A DNA stretch of 64,000 nucleotides from Octopus sinensis (GCF_006345805.1 NC_043009.1:21948001-22012000); one strand, 5' to 3'. Positions 14,634 to 27,171 are shown, numbered from the stretch's first letter. Made by a program: numbers and translations. Notes: generated by a model from the letters alone, not told the origin.

Positions 14634-14890
14634 TCCTTTCTACTATAGGCACAAGGCCTGAAATACAGGGGAAGAGATTCAGTTGATTACATTGACCCCA
14701 GTATTCAACTGGTACATAATTTATTGACCCCAAAAGGATGAAATGTAAAGTTGACAAATAAAAACTGTAATAATTTGTTCCAAATTTTGGCACGAGGTGA
14801 GAAATTTTGGAAGAAGGGGTATGAATTTTATTGACCTCAAAAGGACGAAAGGCAAAGCCAACATTGGGAGAATTTGAACTCAGAACGTAA
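14632..14890 (-). mobile_element. Two degenerate SINE family B fragments
   Basis: Reverse complement of the CATCCTTTT(G)GGGTCAATAAA..AGTACCAG motif. Confidence 0.7.
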
Positions 14891-15028
14891 ACTCTTCGAG
14901 GTTGTCCCCTAGCATGGCTGCAGCCCAATGATCAGAATGAGCAAAAGATAAAAGAGGAATACAATTTTATGAGGTGGGGGGAACAAAATACAAAAAACAA
15001 AAAACCCAGGGTACAAAATGATACTTAC

Positions 15029-15445
15029 ATCTGAAACAAATTGAGGTTTGCCAGATTGATCAACATTGAAAGTTTGAGAATTTCTTTCATATCCTTGGTT
15101 ATATGTAGGGTACTCTGGGTAGTAATTGGAATACGGTACCCTATTGTTGGGTACTCTAATAGGGTACCACCCTCCAGTGTTTATTACTTGTCTAGGGAAC
15201 TGTGCTCTATTACTTGGTATCAGCCTTGGATATTGAAGTCTATTATTTCGTACTCTGACAGGATACTGTCTTCCAGTGTTTGGTACTCGACTTGGGTATT
15301 GCCCTCTTGCAAGGGGTACTTGGCTAGGGTACTGTCCTGTATATGGTATCTGACCAGGGTACTGCCCCCCTGTGTGTGGTACCCGACTGGGATACTGCCC
15401 TCCAGTATGAGGTACTTGTCTGTGAATATTCCCAGTAATGAATGC
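15029..15445 (-). CDS. Host gene exon with tandem 11-aa Pro/Gln/Tyr/Gly-rich repeats (xxVPxTGGQYP)
   Basis: Acceptor tattttattttgtAG, donor GTAAGT; 417 nt = 139 codons, no stop, phase 0-0; reads AFITGNIHRQVPHTGGQYPSRVPHTGGQYP...SGKPQFVSD and joins VCPEID. Confidence 0.88.
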
Positions 15446-15654
15446 CTACAAAATAAAATATACAATTAGTGGATTTCAGATATGGACATTTTGGAATAAA
15501 ATAAAATCAAGAGAGAACAAATGGAGAAAAATACTGAAAAAAAACATTCAATAAATATCTTTGACACATTGTTTAGGAATTAACAGAATTCAGAACAGGT
15601 TTTTATCAGAGTATTAGTTTATAAATATATACACACACATATATATACATAAAC

Positions 15655-15818
15655 CATTTTCTATTTTCTCTCCTTGTTTATTTCTGTGTTCTTTTCTGTC
15701 AAAGAGTATGGGCTCGAAACGTAAAAGACCTTCTCACTTCTCGAGCGTTAAACTAATACATCTGTTTGTTGTTTACACACCTATCTTCATCTTTTGCTTT
15801 TTTTAAATTTCTCACTAT
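15655..15818 (+). mobile_element. Penelope-tail-like short repeat with degenerate minimal hammerhead core
   Basis: CTTTTCTGTCAAAGAGTATGGGCTCGAAACGTAAAAG; same family as 36755-36915 (minus strand). Confidence 0.6.
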
Positions 15819-15823
15819 ATATG

Positions 15824-16230
15824 AGGTACAGGAGTGGCCGTGTGGTAAGTAGCTTGCTTACCAATCACATGGTTCTGAGTTCAGTCCCACTGCGTGGCAC
15901 CTTGGGCAAGTGTCTTTTACTATAGCCTCAGGCCGACCAAAGCCTTGTGAGTGGGTTTGGTAGATGAAAACTGAAAGAAACCTGTCGTATATATGTATAT
16001 ATACATATGTGTGTGTATATGTTTGTGTATCTGTGTTTGTCCCCCCCAACATTGCTTGACAACCGATGCTGGTGTATTTATATCCCAGTAACTTAGCAGT
16101 TCGGCAAAAGAGACTAATAGAATAAGTACTAGGCTTATAAAGAATAAATCCTGGGGTCGATTTGCTCGACTAAAGGCAGTGCTCCAGCATCGCCGCAGTC
16201 AGATGACTGAATCAAATAAAAGAGTAAAAG
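15824..16230 (+). mobile_element. SINE family A, near full length
   Basis: tRNA-like head, internal (TA)/(TG) microsatellite, tail GGCAGTGCTCCAGCATCGCCGCAGTC...(AAGAGTA)n. Confidence 0.9.
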
Positions 16231-16351
16231 AGTATATATACATATACATATACACATATACACACACGTGTAAGTATACATGCACACACACACCATCATC
16301 ATCATCGACAACACCAACATAAGAACCACACTTTAAATGCATATGTCTCAC

Positions 16352-16471
16352 CTTGTTTCTTCGGTTTGGCCAATAACCATATGTCCTTCGTGGGCTTTCG
16401 ATTTTGGTCAGGATCCTGACACTGGGCACCGATCTCCTTGCATTTACAGATGAGGATTTAGATGATTCTGT
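16352..16471 (-). CDS. Host gene exon: Ser/Arg-rich linker (TESSKSSSVNARRSVPSVRILTKIESPRRTYGYWPNRRNK)
   Basis: Acceptor cttggttttgcAG (second AG 4 nt downstream gives a phase-1 start at 16467), donor GTGAGA; 120 nt; one open frame ending in phase 0, matching exon 15445. Confidence 0.75.
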
Positions 16472-16484
16472 CTGCAAAACCAAG

Positions 16485-16862
16485 ATATCATCATCATCAT
16501 TATCATCGCCATTTCTGTCATCATCACCATCATCATTATAATCATCATTATCACCATCTTCATAATCATCATCATCATCATCATCATCATCACTATCATC
16601 ATCATCGTCATCATCATCGCCATTTCTGTCATCATCATCATCATCATCACCACCATCACCATCACAATCATCACCATCACCATCACCATCACAATCATCA
16701 CCATCACCATCATCATCATCATCATCATCGCCATTTGTCATCAACATCATCATCATCATCATCATCATCATCGCCATTTTTCATCATCATCATCATCATC
16801 ATCACCATCGTTGTCATGCCACATCAGCTCATCGTTGTCATTGTTATCATCATCATCGTGAA
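16485..16862. repeat. Compound (CAT/CAC)n microsatellite
   Basis: Direct reading; source of the poly-H/D/M ORFs. Confidence 0.95.
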
Positions 16863-17179
16863 TTATGATTCTCAACACAAGTACTACTAACATAGGCCCC
16901 CAGGGCAGAAAGTTGTGTATGTAAATGTGTGTGTGTATGTATGTAGGTGTGTGTATGTATATGTAAACATGTGTATGTATGTATGTGTGTATGCATATGT
17001 GTGTGTATGTATGTTTTTATGTGTGTGTATGTGCGTATATGTATGTGTATGTATGTATATATGCTTATGTGTGTGTGTGTGTGTGTGGAGTGGGTTGATG
17101 GGGTGTATGACAATCAATTATATGAACCCTGGTATTTTACTGGTACTTTAGTTTATCAACTTTGTAAAGATGAAAGGAG

Positions 17180-17455
17180 GTGCAATGGCCCAGTGGTTAG
17201 GGCAGCAGACTCACGATCGGAGGATCGTGATTTCGATTCCCAGACCGGGCATTGTGTGTTTATTGAGCAAAAACACCTAAAGCTCCACAAGGCTCCAGCA
17301 GGGGGTGGTGGCGATCCCTGTTGTACTCTTTTGCCCCAACTTTCTCTCACTCTTTCTTCCTGTTTCTTGAGTAACACTGTGATGGACTGCTATAGAAACC
17401 GGGAAAGTGGGCCCATGAGCCTGGCTAAGCTTGAAAAGGGCGCATAAATAAATAA
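17180..17455 (+). mobile_element. tRNA-derived SINE family C
   Basis: TGGCCCAGTGGTTAGGGCAG...GTTTCGATTCCCAGACCGGG head with A/B boxes; also at 62281-62470. Confidence 0.85.
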
Positions 17456-18074
17456 TAAAGATGAAAGGCAATGTTGACATCAGCAGGATTTGAACTCAGA
17501 AACTTTCTAAGTGCTGCTATAAATACAGCACAGCATTTTTCTTTTCCTGACAATCACCAACAACACCAAGAAGCATCTACCGACACCATTACCATCTCCA
17601 ACCACTACCACCACCACCACCACCACCACCACCACCATTAATTTAACATCTTTCTAACACATCCCATCAGCAAATATCATACCACCACCACCACCATCCC
17701 ATTACTCCAACCACCACTACCATGATGACGATGATGACAGCAATGATGATGATGGTAATGACAATGATGACAACGACCACTACCACCACCAATTTAATAT
17801 CTCCAAAACATCCCACCAGCAAATATCATACCACCACTACAACCATTACCACCACCACCACCACCACCACCACCACCTCCACCACCACCACCACCGCTAC
17901 TACCATCACCACCATCACAACTACAACCACCACCCCAACCACTGCCATCCACAACAACACTAATCAACTACCATTATACATTATCACTGAACCTCCACCC
18001 CACCACCATCACCACCACCAAACGCAGCCAATAAATAGCAAGTAATACAAAGTGTATCATGGGATATCACCTAC

Positions 18075-18135
18075 CTTTTAAATCAAAACCATTTGAAAAC
18101 TCATTACCAAGGCCATTTAGATAACAAAACAAAAA
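18075..18135 (-). CDS. Candidate host exon (FLFCYLNGLGNEFSNGFDLK)
   Basis: Long polypyrimidine tract plus TAG, donor GTAGGT; 61 nt, phase 0-1; fits the alternative acceptor at 16467. Confidence 0.4.
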
Positions 18136-18344
18136 CTAAGCAAAGAAGTAAAAAAAAAACAAAAAAAAGAAAAAATTCTTTAATTATGTTAGAGAGAAAT
18201 ATAGCACAGAACCATTAAATTTTGGCTTTCTTTCTTTCTTACCCTTATCCTACAACTAAATTTGTATCTTAAGGGTGGATGGGTGTTTCTGATTGTAGTT
18301 GTTTATGTTGCAATCATTATTGTTATTATTATTGTTGTTGTTGT

Positions 18345-18561
18345 TAAGGTGGTAAGCTTGCAGAATTATTAGCACTTTGAACAAAATGCTTGGAAGTATT
18401 TCTTCTGACTCTTTAGGCTCTGGGTTCAAACTCCCCTAAGGCTGACTTTGCCTTTTGTCCTTTCTGAGTCGATAAAATAAGTACCAGTTGAATACTGGGA
18501 TCAATGTAATCAACAAGCCCATTCTCCCAAAATTTCAGGCCTTGTGCCTATACTACAAAGA

Positions 18562-18622
<61 letters not shown>

Positions 18623-18877
18623 GTGGCGTTTTGTCTGTCTTTATGCTCCCCTCCCCTGTTAACCCTGTGCCAAAATTTGAAACCGTTATTATTCTGGGCA
18701 AAATGCTTAGTGGTATTCAATCTGTCTTTACGTTCTAAGTTCAAATTCTGCCAATGTCAACTTTGCCTGTCATCCTTTCAGGAATCGATAAATTAAGTAC
18801 CAGATGAGTACTAGGGTTGATCTAATCGACTGGCCCCCTCCCCAAAAATTTCGGGCCTTGTACCTACAGGAGAAAAG

Positions 18878-18930
<53 letters not shown>

Positions 18931-20030
18931 TAATTGAAGGCAGTGAGGTGGCAGGATCATATGCTGGGCAAAATGCTTAGCTGTATTTCATCCATTTTCA
19001 TGATCTGAGTTCAAATTCTGCCGAGGTTGACTTTGCTTTTCATCTTTTTGGGGTTGATAAAATAAGTACCAGTTGAGTACTGGGGTCGATCTAATTTCAG
19101 GCCTTGGTTACTATTATTATTATTAATTGAAGGCTGTGAGCTAGCAAAATTGCTTGCACACTGGGCAAAATACTTAACAGCATTACGTTCGTCACCATGT
19201 TCAAATTCTACCAAGGTTGACTTTGCATTTCATCCTTTCGGGGTTGATAAATTAAGTATCACTTGAGCCCAGGGGTTGTTGTAATTGACTTATCCCCTCC
19301 CCCAAAATTGCTGCCCCTGTGGCAAAATTTTAAATTATTATTATTATTATTATTATTAAAAATGGGTGGCGAGCTGGCAGAATTGTTAGTATGCTGGACG
19401 AAATGTTCAGTAGTATTTTGCCCTTCATTACATTCTGAGTTCAAATTCCGCCAAGGTTGACTTCGCCTTTCATCGATAAATTAAGTACCAGTTACGCATT
19501 TGGGTCGATTTAATCAACTCATCTCCTTCCCCAAAACTGCTGCCCTTGTGGCAAAATCTGAAACCATTATTATAATTATTAATGCAGCAACTGACAGGAT
19601 CATTATCGCACCCAGCAAAATGCTGAGCAATATTTTGTCTGTCTTTAGATTTTGAGTTCAAATTCCACCGAGGTCAACTTTCCTTTCATCCTTTTGGAGG
19701 TCGATGAAATAAATACCAGTTGAACACTGGGGTCAATGTAATTGACTAGCCTTCTCCCCACTAAATTTCAGGCCTTGTGCCTATAGTATAAAGGGTTATT
19801 ATTTTTATGAATGCAGCAATCTGGCAGGATCATTAGCACACTGGAGAAAGTACTTAGCAGTATTTCGACTATTATGTTCTGAATTCAAATTTCACCGAGG
19901 TCGACTTTGCCTTTCATCCCTTCAAGGGTCAATAAAACAAGTACCAGTTGAGTCTTGGGGTTGATGTAATCGACTTACCCCTACCTCTGAAATTGCTGGT
20001 CATGCACCAAAATTTGAAACAATATTATTA
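18345..20030 (+). mobile_element. Head-to-tail cluster of at least 7 diverged SINE family B copies with (TTA)n tails
   Basis: Recurrent GAGTTCAAATTC..CCGAGGT.GACTTTGCCTTTCATCCTTT..GGGTCGATAAA..AAGTACCAG units separated by (TTA)n. Confidence 0.85.
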
Positions 20031-20038
20031 TTGTTGTT

Positions 20039-20232
20039 ATAGGCGCAGAGGTGGGTGTGTGGTAAGAAGCTTGCTTCCTAACCATATGGTTCCAGGTTCA
20101 GTCCCAATGCATGGCACCTTGGGCAAGTGTGTTCTGTTATAGCCTCAGGCCGACCAAAGCCTTGTGAGTGGCTTTGGGAGATGAAAACTGGAAGAAGCCC
20201 GTTATATATATATATATATACATATATATATT

Positions 20233-20278
<46 letters not shown>

Positions 20279-20793
20279 TGTGTCTGTGTCTGTTCCCACC
20301 ACCATCACTCAACAACCGATGTTGGTGTGTTTACGTCCTTGTAACTTAGCGGATTGACAAAAAGACACCAATAGAATAAATACTAGACTTATGAAGAATA
20401 AGCCCTGTGGTGGCCGATTTCTTCAACTAAAGGCAGTGCTCCAGCATGACCCCAGTCAAATGACTGAATCAAGTAAAAGAATAAATGAATAGTGTTTTTT
20501 GTGTGTTGTGTGCATGTGCATGTGTTTGTGTGTGTGTGGTGTGTGTGTGTGTGTGTAAATGTTTATGTCTGTGTTTGTCCCCCCAGCATCGCTTGACAAC
20601 TGATGCTGGTGTGTTTATGTCCCCGTAACTTAGCAGTTCAGCAAAAGAGACCGATAGAATAAGTATTAGGCTTACAAGAATAAGTCCAGGGGTCAAATTG
20701 TTCAACTAAAGGCCGTGCTCCAGCATGGCCACAGTCAAATGACTGAATCAAGTAAAAGAATAAATGAATAGCTGTTTTTGTTGTTGCTGTTGC

Positions 20794-20867
<74 letters not shown>

Positions 20868-21132
20868 TTGTTGTTGCTGTTGCTGTTGTTGTTGTTGTTG
20901 TTGTTACTGCTGTTATTTAAAAAAAAATTTATTTCGAGATAGGCGTAGGAGTGACTGTATGGTAAGTAGCTTCCTTACGAACCACATGGTTCCGGGCTCA
21001 GTCCCACTGCGTGGCACCTTGGGCAAGTGTCTTCTACTATAGCCTCGGGCCGACCAAAGCCTTGTAAGTGGATTTGGTAGACACAAACTGAAAGAAGCCC
21101 GTCGTATATATGTATATATATATATGTGCATA

Positions 21133-21168
<36 letters not shown>

Positions 21169-21411
21169 TGTATGTGTATGTGTGTATGTGTGTATGTGTG
21201 TGTGTGTAAATGTTTATGTCTGTGTTTGTCCCCCCAGCATCGCTTGACAACTGATGCTGGTGTGTTTATGTCCCCGTAACTTAGCAGTTCAGCAAAAGAG
21301 ACCGATAGAATAAGTATTAGGCTTACAAAGAATAAGTCCAGGGGTCAAATTGTTCAACTAAAGGCCGTGCTCCAGCATGGCCACAGTCAAATGACTGAAA
21401 CAAGTAAAAGT
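20039..21411 (+). mobile_element. SINE family A copies (20039-20490, extra 3' half 20560-20770, 20939-21411)
   Basis: Same head and tail as 15824 and 55127. Confidence 0.88.
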
Positions 21412-22301
21412 ATATAACTTTCCCCCATCCCTAGAGTATGGTAGCAAAACTGTCGCTTGAAGTATGTTATTTTGTGATTCTGAAAGAGCAAGCATTTTTA
21501 TTTCATAGTATTTTTATACTTGTGTTTCTTGCATGAACTTTTAATGTTTGCTTACGTGGTGTGTATGTGGGTCTCTGAGTATGAGAGTTACTGTGTTTGT
21601 GTGCGTGTTTGTGTGTGATGTGTGTATGGGTTGTGTATGTGTGTGTGTGCATGTGTGTGTGTGTGTGCTTGTGTGTCAGTGTGTGTGCCTGTATGAGTGT
21701 GTGTGTGTGCATGTGTGTTTTGTGTGTGTGTGTGCAAGTGTGTATTTATGTGCATTTGCATGTTTGTGTGTGATGTATGCATGGGTTGTGTATGTGTGTA
21801 TGTGTTTGTGTGTGTGTGCATGTGCATGTGTTTGTGTGTGTGCGTGTGTGCTTGAATGTGTGCATATATGTATGTGTGCATGTGTGTGTGTGTTTGTGAG
21901 TATGTGTGAGCATGTGCGTGCGTGTGTGCATGTGTGTGTGTTGGTTTGGATATATTGAAAAGGACTTTTTGTTTTGAATTACAAGTATATTCTCAGCCTA
22001 CATTAATGCTGCTGCTGTTCACGATGATGATGATGATGATGATCATCATCATTATAGCTATGCCTGCTGGTCCTATTTTATTTTTCACATCAACATTCCC
22101 CTCCTACTCCACAAAAAAAAATGTAAATTTGACTTCAGCAAGAATTGAACTCTGAGCGCAGAGTAGAATAAGAACAAACATTGTGAAGTATTTTAGCTGA
22201 TGCTCTGATGACTCAGCCATTTCACAGCTCTTTGTAATTCATGCACAGTCTAAGAAAACACGCAAGGTTTTGACTACTACAGCTGAATAAGAATAAGTTA
22301 C

Positions 22302-22364
22302 ATCTGAACCGTGATTCTTCACTACACAAGTGATGGTTTCCAGGCCATGCATCACAGTAAACTG
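22302..22364 (-). CDS. Candidate host exon, 63 nt
   Basis: Acceptor ttgcctctcAG, weak donor GTAACT; frame 0 reads QFTVMHGLETITCVVKNHGSD, phase-1 frame reads xVYCDAWPGNHHLCSEESRFR. Confidence 0.35.
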
Positions 22365-23140
22365 CTGAGAGGCAATATTTAATTATATTAATTTGAGAAG
22401 AGACCTCTAATCATAGAAAATTTGCCTCAATGAATTCTGCCTGAACCAAGCAATCGTGGGGAAAGTGAACAGGGATAGCCATGGCTGAGTAATTAAGAAG
22501 CTTGCTTTTGACAGCTTTGTGGTTTCAAGCTCAGTCCCCTCCTCCTCCTCTTCCTCCTCCTCATCATTATCATCACCACCATCACCATCGTCATCATTGT
22601 TGTTGTCATCATCATTATCATTTAACATGTGTTTCATGCTGTCATGGGTTGGATGGTTTAACAGGAGCTAGCCAGCTGGTGAGCTGCTCGGGCTCTATGT
22701 CTGTTTTGACATGGTTTCTATAGCTGAATGTCCTTCCTAACACCAACCACTTTACCGAGTGTACTGGGAGCTATTACACAGCACCAGTATGGGTGCTTTT
22801 TATGTAGCACCAGCACAGGTGCTTTTATGGCACCAGCATCCACAAGCCCATAAGATTAGGATTACTCAGCTGAAGTGGGGATGCAAGGGGCATGCCTGTA
22901 AACAAGGACAACCATGATTTCACTTAGCTTGACATGTCTTCTCAAGCACAGCAAACCACCAAAAATCTTGGTCCTCTTTGAGGCCCAACATCCGAAGATT
23001 CTTTCTCACTACTTTATCCCATGGCCTCCTGGATCTACCCTTTTCACACATTCCCTCCACAATGAGAGATCAGCACAGTCCTGAGCTGACAAATGTCTTG
23101 TGAGTGAATTTTATCAACAGTAACTGTATGGAAGCTTGTC

Positions 23141-23225
<85 letters not shown>

Positions 23226-23244
23226 ATTTTTTTTTTTTTTTTTT

Positions 23245-23450
23245 TTTCAAAATGTAACCACATGTGAATCGTTGGTGATTTTCTTCCTCCGTCTTCCCTT
23301 CTATTGAACTTTCCTCTGTTTCTGAAGAAGAGCACCTGCTCAAAATGTTAAATCATCTTTCTTTCCTCCCCTGAGCATCTGCTAATACATTACATGGACC
23401 ATGTTCTCGCATTGTTGTGTTTTTGTGTTTGTTCTTTTTGGATTTACTAT
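23245..23450 (+). mobile_element. Penelope-tail-like repeat with decayed minimal hammerhead
   Basis: GTTT CTGAAGA A GAGCA-cc-TGCTC AAAA TG TT AAAT (GAAAC decayed to AAAAT); homologous to 33897-34070 and 27585-27860. Confidence 0.6.
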
Positions 23451-23453
23451 ATA

Positions 23454-23482
<29 letters not shown>

Positions 23483-23484
<2 letters not shown>

Positions 23485-24390
23485 GGGTGGATGGAAAGTA
23501 AGTAGGTATTAGAAATTGCTTATAGAATTTTTAGCATCACTGAAGTCATAACAAAGACATTTTTTTAAACAGACAACACTAATGGGGATTTCTTATTTTC
23601 CTATTGTCTTATCGTCTATTTTTTAGTTTCCAGATGGCCGGTCACTTGACTGTTCATGAGTGAACTAAGATAGCAGCATGCTATGAAGTGTGGAATTCCA
23701 TTGTTTTGGTTCAGAGGTGGTGGCATGCATGGAAAGGTAAGCATGCAACATTACGTCCAGGGACAATAAAAAGTTGTCATGCAAAGCTGATGACCACAGG
23801 CTCTGTGAACGATGCAAGAATTAGCTTTCCAATCACATCTTGATCAGCAGAGAACATGGCAACAGTGCGTGAAATGTTTACTCGCAGCACACAAATAACA
23901 ACATGTCAAGCAGCTTGTGAAAGTGAACTAACAAGACACAATACATATGGTGTTGCATAAAGAATTGAATTTTCATCCATAGAAACCCTATTATGTGCAG
24001 GAGCTAAAACCCGAAGATTGCAAGCACAGAATGGAATATGGAATGGCCTCCAAGAAGTCCAGATCTCACTCCATGTGATTTTTACCTGTGGAGTAACACA
24101 AAAGAAGAGGTGTACAAGAGAAAACCTTGCACACTGGAGGACTTAAAGACATGGATTCAGGAGCTTCTCAATGATATCCTAGATGATATACTTCAGAAGG
24201 TTGTTCATTCCCTCCCTGGCCATTTGAAGAAACTGGTTGATGCTACCGGTGCTTTCATTGAAATATGAAGATTTACTTTCATTTTCCCATGTTATAAAGA
24301 ACATGTATAATTTTTTTTTCAATAAATTTGTACAAGGAATATGGATTTTATTACCAATTTTTAATGACTACTTACTTTTCACCAACCCTG
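23483..24390 (+). mobile_element. Internally deleted IS630-Tc1-mariner transposon
   Basis: TIRs (T/C)AGGGTGGATGGAAAGTAAGTAG / CTACTTACTTTTCACCAACCCTG flanked by TA; WPPRSPDLTPCDFYLW transposase C-terminus (24038-24268). Confidence 0.88.
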
Positions 24391-24452
24391 TATGTATATA
24401 TATATATATATATATGTATATATTAGAAGGTTTGGAGGTGAGGTACAGGTAT

Positions 24453-24710
24453 TATATATTAGAAAAAATTAGGTACTCAGAGATCTACATGGTTGTACAT
24501 TTACAGATTTTTATTAATATGTCACATGTTTTTATAAATCATATATTAGTGCTTGCATCTACTTCAGTAGAATCTTCAGATTTTGAAGAATTTTGAATTT
24601 GAAGAATCTACTAGAGTAGATGCAAATCTAATATATGATTTATAAAAACATATGACATATTAATAAAAATCTGTAAATGTACAACCATCCAGATCTCTGA
24701 GCACCTTATT

Positions 24711-24726
<16 letters not shown>
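24453..24726. repeat. Fold-back palindrome, ~125-bp imperfect arms
   Basis: Left arm ends TCTTCAG at 24579; right arm starts TTGAAGA near 24598; arms are reverse complements with scattered mismatches. Confidence 0.9.
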
Positions 24727-24741
<15 letters not shown>

Positions 24742-25167
24742 CACTGTCTCTCTCTCACTAGACAACCAGTGTTGGTTTGTTTGCATTGCTGCAACTTGGC
24801 AGTTTGGCAAAAGAGACTGAATGGATAAGAACTAGGCTTTAAAAAATATAAATACTGGTGTCAATTGGTTTGACTAAAACCGTTCATGGCCACAATCCAA
24901 TGACTGAAACAAGTAAAAGATAAAAAAAAAATTTATAATGATGATGGTGATGACGACAATGATAATGATGTCCAGGGTGTGATCTGAGGGACATTTGGTT
25001 GCTATTTCTCATATGCTGAGTGACTGCACAGGGACTCCATCAACAATGGTTCTAATCATATTATTAGTTATAGCAGTTATCCATAATTAAAATGTTAGAC
25101 TCATGCCTTATTTTATCATTAGATATATAGGCAGAAATGCAGCATATAATTTATCAACACACACACT

Positions 25168-25202
<35 letters not shown>

Positions 25203-25205
<3 letters not shown>

Positions 25206-25336
25206 ATTTATTATATAGAAGGAGCTTCTACAGGACTAGTACTGTTTCATTCAAGAGAAATCTTCAGGAAGCTGAAGATTTCTCTTGAATGAAACAGTAC
25301 TAGTCCTGTAGAAGCTCCTTCTATATAATAAATTAA
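25203..25336. repeat. Perfect palindrome, 65-bp arms, 4-nt spacer GAAG
   Basis: 25203-25267 is the exact reverse complement of 25272-25336. Confidence 0.95.
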
Positions 25337-25398
25337 TTTTACTCTGCTATGTATTGAGTACCTTACTTACTGTGGTTAACCCCGGATCAACCCGGGAC

Positions 25399-25440
<42 letters not shown>

Positions 25441-25576
25441 ATATATATATACATACATACATACATACATACATACATACATACATACATACATACATAC
25501 ATACATACATACATACATACATACATGCATACATACATACATACATACACACAACACATATATATAAAGAACTTAC

Positions 25577-25638
25577 AGTGACTCTCCCATCAGTTTCTTC
25601 AGTGAAATTTGTTGTTGCTGTAGTATTGAATTCATAAT
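25577..25638 (-). CDS. Candidate host exon (xYEFNTTATTNFTEETDGRVT)
   Basis: Strong acceptor tctttctatttttaAG and donor GTAAGT; 62 nt, phase 1-0; contains NTT and NFT sequons. Confidence 0.55.
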
Positions 25639-25902
25639 CTTAAAAATAGAAAGATATTTTTATACATACATGAATACATACACACATGCACACACATGCA
25701 TATATACATATATATTTATACATTTAGGCAGATTTAAAGTGGTGGTGGTGGGGGACTTTTTGGGGTAGGCATGGCGCAAACTGTCTTTCTTAGGGGAGTG
25801 GTCAAAAGAATCAGTGATAAAGTAGATAAAAGAATAAAAGAATAAATAGAATAATAGAATAGAGTTTTAGGTAAAAAAGAAGACTATCACTTATATCTAT
25901 AT

Positions 25903-25976
<74 letters not shown>

Positions 25977-26433
25977 GTATACACACATACATACATACAC
26001 ATATATATATGCACCCATATACATACATATACGTACACACCCATACACATACTCATACATACACACATACATATATCCATACACTCACACATATATATAT
26101 GTGGTTGGCGTTAGGAAGGGCATCCAGCCGTAGAAACACTGCCAGATTTGACTGGGTCTGATGAAGCCTTCTGGCTTCACAGACCCCAGTAGAACCGTCC
26201 AACCCATGCTAGCATGGAAAACGGACGCTAAATGATGATGATGATGATGATATACAAATACACACACACATACATGCCAACATGCAAGCACACGCACACA
26301 TATATCTACACATTAAATTAGAGACAAAACCACTATTAGGCAAATCAAACAATGAAAGACTTAAGCCAATACATATGATTAATTTATATTATTTAAATAT
26401 GTAACAAAATTATTAAAAAATATAATTAATATC

Positions 26434-26496
26434 CCACTACGATCGTTTCCTGCCTGCTGTCTTCAAATTTTTGAGTCGCAGTCATTCATCAGGTGG
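26434..26496 (-). ncRNA. Type I hammerhead ribozyme motif with palindromic helix III
   Basis: CCAC CTGATGA [A TG(A)CTGC...TCAAA aa TTTGA...GCAG(G)CA G] GAAA CGATCG TA GTGG; stem I CCAC/GTGG; helix III ACGATCGT; GUA triplet, cut between 26438 and 26437. Confidence 0.7.
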
Positions 26497-27106
26497 TTTA
26501 AATATCTAAAATATAATCAATATTTTTAAGATATAAATAATATATATAATCTAAAATAATAATTTACTTATAATAAACTCTATTATTAAATATGATTATA
26601 TCGAAATCGACTATAATGTTAAATATTAACTTTAATTTATAAGGTAGAAAACCCATATTCTAATATCAATATTAGTCTATATCTAATTACATAAATATTT
26701 AAAATGACTAATATATATAAATTATCAACGAAAATATATATAAATATTATAATCAAGATCTAAAATAATCTCTATAAATAATTGTATATAATGAGAACCT
26801 AATAAATTTAATTTTTCATATTTAAAGATGAAATAGCTAATTTCAAAGTACAAATAAACTAACTTAAACTGACTTTCAAAATCTTATGTAAAATACTTAT
26901 AGAAATATTCAATTCTTAGTAATATAGTATTAAATAAATACTATAAGTACTATAAACATAATTATGAATGGGAATAATTATCTAATATAAATTATGCTAT
27001 TAAATTAGACATGGCCTAGACCATCTTTAGTCGAAACATATCTAATTTTATCAAAGTTTATCTAATTTATTTAATATCTAATAACATAGATATATATATA
27101 TATAAC

Positions 27107-27151
<45 letters not shown>

Positions 27152-27171
27152 TATATATATGCATATATAAT

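Noticed and set aside
15041-15469. 142-aa plus-strand ORF
   Set aside because: Antisense shadow of the repeat exon 15029-15445, which has splice sites and frame continuity on the minus strand.
17722-18045. Thr-rich mucin-like ORF
   Set aside because: (ACC/CAC)n low-complexity tract on the strand opposite the host gene, with no splice support.
18243-18290. Segment ending in a GTAAGA donor on the minus strand
   Set aside because: No polypyrimidine acceptor and no in-frame ATG.
25371-25398. 28-nt micro-exon-like segment with AG and GTAAGT
   Set aside because: Resembles a SINE-tail motif (GGGTTGA.C.GGGG.TAA, cf. ~61104-61120), stops in two frames, and the acceptor lies in (TA)n.
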